Assembly (NCBI GenBank): GCA_036259435.1
Contig: DATABR010000067.1
Location: forward strand, 1 to 53,111
Length of the DNA stretch: 53,111 nucleotides
Source: Glycomyces sp.
GTDB taxonomy: Bacteria > Actinomycetota > Actinomycetes > Mycobacteriales > Micromonosporaceae
Reading direction: 5' to 3'
Shown here in pieces: positions 46,583 to 53,111 of the stretch. Below the pieces are notes generated by a model that was given only the letters and a program-made list of their open reading frames with translations, was not told the origin of the DNA and did not search any database. Each line of letters starts with the position of its first letter. Positions within the stretch are counted from its first letter, which is position 1. Made by a program: the position numbers and the translations under genes.

Positions 46583-48253
46583 ATGGGCGACACCTCAAGC
46601 AACGTCCCCAACTTCAGAATCCAGCGCCGCGGTCTCTTCCAGGCGGGCGCAGCAGGCGCGGTCGCCGCCTCCCTCACCGGGTGCGCGGCGCTCGACGAAG
46701 GGCCCGAAGGCACCGCCGCGGGCTCCGACGAGCTCGCCGACCTGCTCCCCACGTACAAGGCGTACGAGGGCGGCATCGAGCCCGACCTGCCCGGCCAGCC
46801 CGACGGCACCGTCACGCCCGGCTACCTCTCGCGTCCGGCCGAACCGGTCCAGGCCATCACCGAGCCCGTGATGACCACCGGCGAGGACATCACCGCGATC
46901 ACTCCGCTGTGGAACCCGACGCCGCCCGGCCTGCCGGACAACTCGTACTTCACCGCGGTCAACGAGATCCTCGGCGGCACCGTCGTCTTCAACATCGCCG
47001 ACGGCAACAACTACCTCGACAAGATCACCACCACCCTCGCCAGCGGTGACGTCCCGGACATGTTCCAGATTCCCGGGTGGGAGATCGTCAACCTCTCCGA
47101 TTTCACCGAGGCCGCCAACGAGCTGTTCGCCGACCTCTCGCCCTACCTCGCCGGCGACAAGGCCGCCGACTACCCGCTCCTCGCCTCGTATCCCACGGCC
47201 GCATGGGCGATGGGCGTCTTCGGCGGCAAGCTCCTCGGCATCCCCTGGGAACGGGCGCCTTACACGAACGCGATGTTCGCCCGCCAGGACATCCTCGACG
47301 AGCTGGGCATCGAGCACCCGACGAATCTCGACGAGCTCCTTTCCGTCGCCGAGGAGGTGAACGACCCCTCGAACAACCGCTGGGCGTTCGCCAGCCTCGA
47401 CAACACCGTCCAAGAGGCGATGGGCGTGCCCACCTGGTGGCGCAACGACAACGGCAAGCTCGTCTACAAGTTCGAGACCGAGGAGTTCGCCGCCGCCATC
47501 GAGTTCGTCCGCCAGGTCTTCGACAAGGGGCTCGTCCACCCCGACTACGTGGCCGACCGCCTCACCAACGCCAAGGAACTCATCGGCTCCGGCCAGGCAG
47601 TGTTCTACGAGGACGGCCTCGGCGCCTGGCACGAGATGTTCGCGACGTACCGCAACGTGGAGGGATTCGATCTCCAAGTCGTGAACCCGATGGCACGCGA
47701 GGCCGGCGGCACGCCCACGATCTGGCGCGACGACCCCGCCGGCATGTTCACCTTCATCAAGAAGGACCTCTCCGAGGAGCGCATCAAGGAGTGCCTGCGG
47801 GTCGCCAACTGGTGCTCGACCCCCTTCGGCACCGTCGAAGCCGACCTGGTGTCCGACGGCGTCGAAGGCGTCCACTTCACCGTCGACGCCGAGGGCGTGC
47901 CCCAGCGCACCGATCTCGGCCAGACCGAGGTCGCGCCCACCTACATGTTCCTCTCCGGCCGGTCCAACGCGAACAACAAGTTCCAGTACCCCGGCATGGT
48001 CGAAACCCTGCACGCCTGGGAGACCAACGCCGCGCCGTTCCTCGACGACCACCCGTTCCAGGGCCTGCGCGTCGAGATGCCCTCCGACCTCTCAGCCGAG
48101 AACGAGCCGATGAAGGAAGCCCACCACGAGATCTACCGCGGCCAGCGCGAGGTGGCCGACTGGGCGACCCTGGTCGCGGACTGGCGCGCGAAAGTCGGCG
48201 ACAGCGCCCGCGAGTACTACACCAAGGTCGCCGAGGACAACGACCGCCTGTGA
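46583..48253 (+). CDS. Oligosaccharide ABC transporter substrate-binding lipoprotein (Tat), LplA-like
   Basis: IQRRGLF twin-arginine + SLTGC lipobox; LASGDVPD, FADLSPYLAGD, PFGT.E, GVEGVHF; GAAAGG RBS. Confidence 0.9.
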   Translation: MGDTSSNVPNFRIQRRGLFQAGAAGAVAASLTGCAALDEGPEGTAAGSDELADLLPTYKAYEGGIEPDLPGQPDGTVTPGYLSRPAEPVQAITEPVMTTGEDITAITPLWNPTPPGLPDNSYFTAVNEILGGTVVFNIADGNNYLDKITTTLASGDVPDMFQIPGWEIVNLSDFTEAANELFADLSPYLAGDKAADYPLLASYPTAAWAMGVFGGKLLGIPWERAPYTNAMFARQDILDELGIEHPTNLDELLSVAEEVNDPSNNRWAFASLDNTVQEAMGVPTWWRNDNGKLVYKFETEEFAAAIEFVRQVFDKGLVHPDYVADRLTNAKELIGSGQAVFYEDGLGAWHEMFATYRNVEGFDLQVVNPMAREAGGTPTIWRDDPAGMFTFIKKDLSEERIKECLRVANWCSTPFGTVEADLVSDGVEGVHFTVDAEGVPQRTDLGQTEVAPTYMFLSGRSNANNKFQYPGMVETLHAWETNAAPFLDDHPFQGLRVEMPSDLSAENEPMKEAHHEIYRGQREVADWATLVADWRAKVGDSAREYYTKVAEDNDRL

Positions 48254-49239
48254 GTGCTCCGACGCTAACGTCCCCAGCCCCCGAGGCCGGGGACGCCATC
48301 GAACGGAAGGCGACGCCGAAGCCCAAGGCGCACTGGCGGGTGCGGCTGCGCCGCGACTGGCCGCTGCTGCTCATGGCGGCCCCGATGATGCTCCTGGTGT
48401 GGGGATTCTGGTGGATCCCCTCGCTGGGCAACGTGATCGCCTTTCAGGACTACAAGCCGTACACCGGCGGCATCTTCGGCTCGCGCCTGGTGGGTTTCAC
48501 CCACTTCCAGATGCTGTTCTCAGACCCCGAGTTCATGCGGGCCATGATCAACACGCTGTCGATCACCGCGTTCCAACTGGTGTTCTATTTCCCCGTGCCG
48601 ATCGCGCTGGCGCTGCTGCTGCACTCGCTGGCGTCAGCGCGACTGCGGTCGATGCTCCAGAGCGTGGTGTACCTGCCGTACTTCTTCTCCTGGGTGCTCG
48701 TGATCGCGATCTTCCAGCAGATGCTCGGCGGCGCCGGGCTGCTCAGTCAGATCTTGCGCGGGGCGGGCTTCGAGGGCGTGGACTGGATGACCGATCCGGA
48801 CACGTTCATCCTCCTGGTGACCTCGCAGGCGATCTGGAAGGAGGCCGGGTTCGGGGCGATCATCTTCCTCGCGGCGCTGGCCGCGATCGACCCCAGCCTG
48901 TACGAGGCCGCCTCGGTGGACGGGGCCGGACGGTGGCGGCGGCTGTGGCACATCACGCTGCCGGGAATCCGCCCGGTGATCATCCTGCTGCTGATCCTGC
49001 GCCTGGGCGATTCGCTCAACGTCGGGTTCGAACAGTTCTTCCTGCAGCGCAGCGCGGTCGGGTCGCAGGCTTCGGAGGTCTTCGACACGTTCGTGTACTA
49101 CAGCGGCATCCGCACCGGCGACTTCGATTACGGGGCCGCGGCGGGGCTGTTCAAGGGCGTGGTCGGGCTGGTGCTCATTCTGGCCGCCAACAAGGCCGCC
49201 CACATGCTGGGCGAGCGGGGGGTGTACTCGAAATCATGA
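48250..49239 (+). CDS. ABC transporter permease (LplB-like)
   Basis: GNVIAFQDY, YLPYFFSWV, LYEAASVDGA, AAAGLFKG; GTGA overlap with the SBP stop. Confidence 0.93.
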   Translation: MSAPTLTSPAPEAGDAIERKATPKPKAHWRVRLRRDWPLLLMAAPMMLLVWGFWWIPSLGNVIAFQDYKPYTGGIFGSRLVGFTHFQMLFSDPEFMRAMINTLSITAFQLVFYFPVPIALALLLHSLASARLRSMLQSVVYLPYFFSWVLVIAIFQQMLGGAGLLSQILRGAGFEGVDWMTDPDTFILLVTSQAIWKEAGFGAIIFLAALAAIDPSLYEAASVDGAGRWRRLWHITLPGIRPVIILLLILRLGDSLNVGFEQFFLQRSAVGSQASEVFDTFVYYSGIRTGDFDYGAAAGLFKGVVGLVLILAANKAAHMLGERGVYSKS

Positions 49240-50126
49240 GCGCTGCGAATCGACCCGCATGGGAAGAGAAGCCGAGCGTCGCCGGACGGGCCGCGAAGGG
49301 GGCGAGCATCGCGGTGATCGCGCTGCTGATCCTGTTCCCGATCTACACGATCGCTTTGACGAGCCTGTCGAGCGCCGACACCGTGCACCGCGTCGGCGGG
49401 CTCGTGATCTGGCCGGGCGACGGGGTCACCTTCGAGGCGTACGAGCAGATGTTCCGCAACCCGGTGGTGCTGCGGTCCCTCGTGATCTCGCTGGGGATCA
49501 CGGCGGTCGGCACGGTGCTCAGCGTCGTCGTCTCGGTCCTGGGCGCGTACTCGCTGTCGCGGCCGGGCTCCTTCGGGCACAAGACGATCCTGTTCTCGGT
49601 ACTGCTGATGTTCGTGATCTTCCCCGGCCTGATCCCGGTCTACCTGTGGGTGAGCGCGATCGGGCTGCGGGACAACTATCTGGCGATCATCCTGCCGATG
49701 GCCGTGTCCGCGTTCAACGTGGTGGTGCTGCGGGCGTTCTTCATGAGCATCCCGCAGGAGCTGTTCGACTCGGCCCGCATCGACGGGGCCGGGGAGTTCC
49801 GGGTGCTGTGGCAGATCGTGGCGCCGCTGTCCAAGGCCGTGATCGCCGTGGTCACGCTGTTCTACGCGGTGGCGTACTGGAACAACTGGTTCAACGCGTT
49901 CCTGTACCTCGACGACACGTCGAAGTGGCCGCTGGCGCTGGTGTTGCGCACGTACGTGGTGGAGTCGGCACCGCTGCCGCAGGCGGCCGGGCTGCAGGAC
50001 GCGCCGCCGACGCTGGCGGTGAAGATGGCGATCGTGATGATCGCGATCATCCCGGCGCTCATCATCTATCCGTTCGTGCAGAAGCACTTCAAGAAGGGCG
50101 TGATCATCGGCGCCGTCAAGGGCTGA
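49236..50126 (+). CDS. ABC transporter permease (LplC-like)
   Basis: PGLIPVY, IPQELFDSARIDGA, YAVAYWN, YPFVQKHF.KG...GAVKG. Confidence 0.93.
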   Translation: MSAANRPAWEEKPSVAGRAAKGASIAVIALLILFPIYTIALTSLSSADTVHRVGGLVIWPGDGVTFEAYEQMFRNPVVLRSLVISLGITAVGTVLSVVVSVLGAYSLSRPGSFGHKTILFSVLLMFVIFPGLIPVYLWVSAIGLRDNYLAIILPMAVSAFNVVVLRAFFMSIPQELFDSARIDGAGEFRVLWQIVAPLSKAVIAVVTLFYAVAYWNNWFNAFLYLDDTSKWPLALVLRTYVVESAPLPQAAGLQDAPPTLAVKMAIVMIAIIPALIIYPFVQKHFKKGVIIGAVKG

Positions 50127-50179
50127 ACGGTGGCGAACGGCCCCCGCATCTGCGTGATGTGTGGGCCGTTCACGTCTCG

Positions 50180-50812
50180 TCAGGCCGCCAGCTCCGGGAG
50201 GGCGATGGTGTGGCCGGTGCGGCGCACCTTCGCGCTGAGGTAGCGGGCGTTGCTGTGGGTGGCGAACACGCCGGTGGGAACGGTGCCCGCCACGTCGGCC
50301 CCGAGGCCGCGCAGCTGGTCGGCCTTGTCGGGGTTGTTCGTGAGCAGTTCGAAGGGGCCGGTGCCGAGCGCTTCGAGCATCTGGGCGGCGGCGGTGTAGT
50401 CGCGGCCGTCCTCGGGCAGGCCGAGGACGGCGTTGGCCTCGTAGGTGTCGAGGCCGTCGTCTTGCAGGGCGTAGGCGTCGAGTTTGTTGTACAGGCCGAT
50501 ACCGCGGCCTTCCTGGCGCATGTAGAGCAGGACGCCGCCGCGCTGCGCGATGCGCTCGACGGCCTCGCGCAGCTGGGGCCCGCAGTCGCAACGGGCCGAG
50601 CCGAAGACGTCGCCGGTCAGGCATTCGGAGTGGAGCCGCACGAGCGGCGTCGCGCCGGGGGCGGGGTGGCCCAAGACCAGTGCGAGGTGCTCGGCGTCGT
50701 CCGCGAGGCCCTTGAAGGTGACGGCTTCGGCGGTGGTCGCGAAGCCGTCCGCGAAGTTCAGGGGGATGGTGACGCGGGTGCGGACCGCGGCGGGCGCTAG
50801 AGCGGTGTCCAT
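50180..50812 (-). CDS. ribA: GTP cyclohydrolase II (stand-alone)
   Basis: VRLHSECLTGDVFGSARCDCG zinc motif, QEGRGIGL, KLDAYALQD, DTYEAN, LLTNNPDK. Confidence 0.92.
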   Translation of the reverse strand: MDTALAPAAVRTRVTIPLNFADGFATTAEAVTFKGLADDAEHLALVLGHPAPGATPLVRLHSECLTGDVFGSARCDCGPQLREAVERIAQRGGVLLYMRQEGRGIGLYNKLDAYALQDDGLDTYEANAVLGLPEDGRDYTAAAQMLEALGTGPFELLTNNPDKADQLRGLGADVAGTVPTGVFATHSNARYLSAKVRRTGHTIALPELAA

Positions 50813-50836
50813 GTCGTCTCCGATGCTCAGATCCTT

Positions 50837-50886
50837 TTCAAATTTGAACTGCTTGCACCAAGGTACAGTTGCGTTCAAATTTGAAC
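50837..50886. promoter_or_regulatory. Two MarR-type palindromic operators between ribA and marR
   Basis: TTCAAATTTGAA (50837-50848) and GTTCAAATTTGAAC (50873-50886), both perfect palindromes. Confidence 0.85.
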
Positions 50887-50905
50887 AATGGAGTAAACTG
50901 GAGGC

Positions 50906-51385
50906 ATGGGTCACACACGATGGTTGGACGACGAGGAGATGCGGGCCTGGCTCGCGTTCATCCCCGCCGCGACCCTGGTCGCCCGCGAACTCGACCAGCA
51001 GCTCAAGGAGGACGCGGGCCTCTCGCATCTCCAGTACGAGATCCTCATCCACCTCAACGCGGCCGAGGGCGGCGCACTGCGCATGACCGAGCTGGCCGAA
51101 CGCCTCGTCAATTCCAAGAGCGGCCTGACCTACCAGATCGGGCAGATGGAGAAGGCCGGGCTGGTCGAGCGGCGCCAGTGCGAGTGGAGCAAGAGCGGCG
51201 TGCTCGCCGCGATCACCGCCGAGGGCCGCGCCAAACTCGAGAGCGCCGCGCCCGGGCACGTCGAGGCCGTGCGCCAAGTGCTCATCGACGTGCTCACCCC
51301 CGAGGAGCGCAAGGCGATCGCCGACGGCCTCGGCCGGGTGCGCGACCGCATCGCCGAACGCCGCGAAGGCGGCACCTGCTGGTAG
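50906..51385 (+). CDS. MarR family transcriptional regulator
   Basis: RWLDDEEMRAW, GLSHLQYEIL, LRMTELA...SKSGLTYQI..MEKAGLVER, ITAEG, APGHV. Confidence 0.92.
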   Translation: MGHTRWLDDEEMRAWLAFIPAATLVARELDQQLKEDAGLSHLQYEILIHLNAAEGGALRMTELAERLVNSKSGLTYQIGQMEKAGLVERRQCEWSKSGVLAAITAEGRAKLESAAPGHVEAVRQVLIDVLTPEERKAIADGLGRVRDRIAERREGGTCW

Positions 51386-51559
51386 CCGACCTACCCGGGA
51401 GGCCAACGGGGCCAAGGGTACCGATGGGGCACAGGTGGGCGAAACCGGTGAAGTTCTGAAACCCTAAGGGACCAATACATTCCGTACAATTTCGGGTGGA
51501 ACTCAACGCCCGGCTCGTGCTCGCGCGAGTCCGGGTTCCCTTCTGCTGGAAGGTAACCA

Positions 51560-53074
51560 GTGCGACCATCCACCCGACACCTCGCCGCCGCAGCAGCGGT
51601 GGCCCTCGCCACCGCCCTCCTCGCCGCAGCGCCCGCCGCTGCGGCTTCCTCACAGCACCACGGCATCGACTGGCAGCCCTGCCCCGATGTCGAACCGGCC
51701 GAAGCGGTCGAGTGCGCCGCCATCGAAGTCCCGCTCGATTACCGCAGGCCCTGGGGCGGGACGATCGAAATCGGCCTCGCCCGTCGGCAGGCCGCCGACC
51801 CGGACGAAAAACTCGGCACGATTCTCATGGACCCCGGCGGCCCCGGCGGCTCCGGGGTGAACACGGTCAAGAACCGCAACGTGCTGACCGGCGAGACCGC
51901 CGAGCGGTTCGACCTCATCGGCTTCGACCCGCGCGGCGTCAACACCAGCACGCAAGTCGTCTGCAGCGAGCAGGCCTTGGAGGAGGCGGCGGTGCCCTTC
52001 CCCACCGACCAGCCCTCCTTCGACGCGCTCGCGGCGGCCAACGCCGCCCTCACCGCCGACTGCCGCGAGCACACCGGCGAGCTCTTCGACCACGTCAGCA
52101 ACTTCGAGACCGTCAAGGACATGGAGCGCATCCGCCGCGCCATCGGCGAGGGCAAGCTCAACTACCTCGGCTACTCCTACGGCACCCTCATGGGCCAGCA
52201 GTACGCCGAGCGCTACCCGCACCGGTTCCGCACGATGGTCCTGGACGGCAACATGGACCACAGCCTGGAGTCCACATGGGACTTCATGCGGTCCGAGACC
52301 GCTGCCGTCGAGGAGAACTTCACGGCGTTCGCCGACTGGTGCGAGTCGACCGCCGACTGCGCGCTCCACGGCGAGGACGTCGAGACCCTGTACGGCGACC
52401 TCAAGGCCGCCGCCCGGGCCGGGAAGCTCACCGACCCCCACACCGGCGACCCGCTCGACTTCATCAGCCTGGCGGGGAACTACACCTTCGCCGCGAACTA
52501 CCCGCAGGAATGGCCCGCACTGGCCACCGAGTACGCGGCCATGCGCGACGGCGCGTCCCTGCCGGGTGCCTTGGCGCTCAGGCAAGCGCCGGTCGCGGAG
52601 AACCTCTACTACCCGGCCTGGTGCCAGGACTGGGGCTTCCCGATCGAGGACTACGAGGAACTCGCAGACCTCCTCGGCCGACTCGCCGAGGACTCACCGA
52701 ACGTGGAGTGGACGCCGTACAACGGACACGCGCTCACCTGCATCGGCTCCGGCATCGAGCACCGGAATGAGCGGGAGCCGCTGGACATCGACCACGCGCC
52801 GCCGATCGTCTTCATCGGCAACGAGCACGACCCCGCCACCGTCTACGAATGGTCGGAGACCTCCTCCGAGCAGGCCGACGGCCACCTCATCACCTATGAG
52901 GGGTACTGGCACACCATCTACGGCGGCACCTCGGAGTGCATCGATACCGCCGTGAACGCCTACTTCGTCGACCGCACCGTCCCCGAAGAGGGTCTGAGCT
53001 GCCCGAACCTGGACTTCCCGGGCGTCGGCGCGCACAGCGAGCGCCGACTCCCGAGCGAGGTCGGGCCGTACTAG
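51560..53074 (+). CDS. Secreted alpha/beta hydrolase, tripeptidyl aminopeptidase (TAP)-like
   Basis: Signal peptide; VPLDY, DPGGPGGSG, GFDPRGV, GYSYG nucleophile elbow, DPAT, catalytic His in YWHT. Confidence 0.9.
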   Translation: MRPSTRHLAAAAAVALATALLAAAPAAAASSQHHGIDWQPCPDVEPAEAVECAAIEVPLDYRRPWGGTIEIGLARRQAADPDEKLGTILMDPGGPGGSGVNTVKNRNVLTGETAERFDLIGFDPRGVNTSTQVVCSEQALEEAAVPFPTDQPSFDALAAANAALTADCREHTGELFDHVSNFETVKDMERIRRAIGEGKLNYLGYSYGTLMGQQYAERYPHRFRTMVLDGNMDHSLESTWDFMRSETAAVEENFTAFADWCESTADCALHGEDVETLYGDLKAAARAGKLTDPHTGDPLDFISLAGNYTFAANYPQEWPALATEYAAMRDGASLPGALALRQAPVAENLYYPAWCQDWGFPIEDYEELADLLGRLAEDSPNVEWTPYNGHALTCIGSGIEHRNEREPLDIDHAPPIVFIGNEHDPATVYEWSETSSEQADGHLITYEGYWHTIYGGTSECIDTAVNAYFVDRTVPEEGLSCPNLDFPGVGAHSERRLPSEVGPY

Positions 53075-53084
53075 AGGTCGAAGC

Positions 53085-53111
53085 GGCGGCCGGGCTCGCC
53101 CCCGGCCGCCG
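53085..53111 (+). terminator. Stem-loop after the peptidase gene (at the window edge)
   Basis: CGGCGGCCGGG...CCCGGCCGCCG inverted repeat. Confidence 0.6.

Noticed and set aside
50813-50905. FMN riboswitch upstream of ribA
   Set aside because: The region is only 93 bp, lacks the RFN consensus and is occupied by MarR-type palindromes.

Overview
High-GC actinobacterial chromosome segment (Glycomyces-like by gene content; taxonomy is an inference) from an accessory, carbohydrate-rich region. It carries about 40 intact CDSs and about 8 gene remnants. I recognised no rRNA, tRNA, CRISPR array or intact transposase. Main modules: (1) ABC transporter + GH36 alpha-galactosidase divergent from a secreted GH39-like/CBM glycosidase; (2) a tightly coupled 10-gene minus-strand operon: LacI, sugar ABC transporter, two ADP-ribosylglycohydrolases, ribokinase, a fusion protein with an FGE-type fold, a CaiB CoA-transferase and a CitE-like lyase. 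This is the best candidate for an uncharacterised catabolic pathway; (3) RICIN protein, Ser/Thr kinase, methyltransferase/phosphotransferase pair; (4) GH26 mannanase, ROK regulator and GH13 alpha-glucosidase; (5) TauE, alpha-hydroxy-acid oxidase, LacI, TetA(P)-like MFS transporter, GH64 glucanase, aldo/keto reductases, WS/DGAT, GNAT; (6) a compact type III PKS/acyl-CoA dehydrogenase/UbiA/UbiG-like cluster; (7) an orphan oligosaccharide ABC cassette, a ribA-MarR pair and a TAP-like peptidase. Product calls come from motif recognition by eye, not database searches. Start codons were refined from RBS, overlap and signal-peptide evidence.
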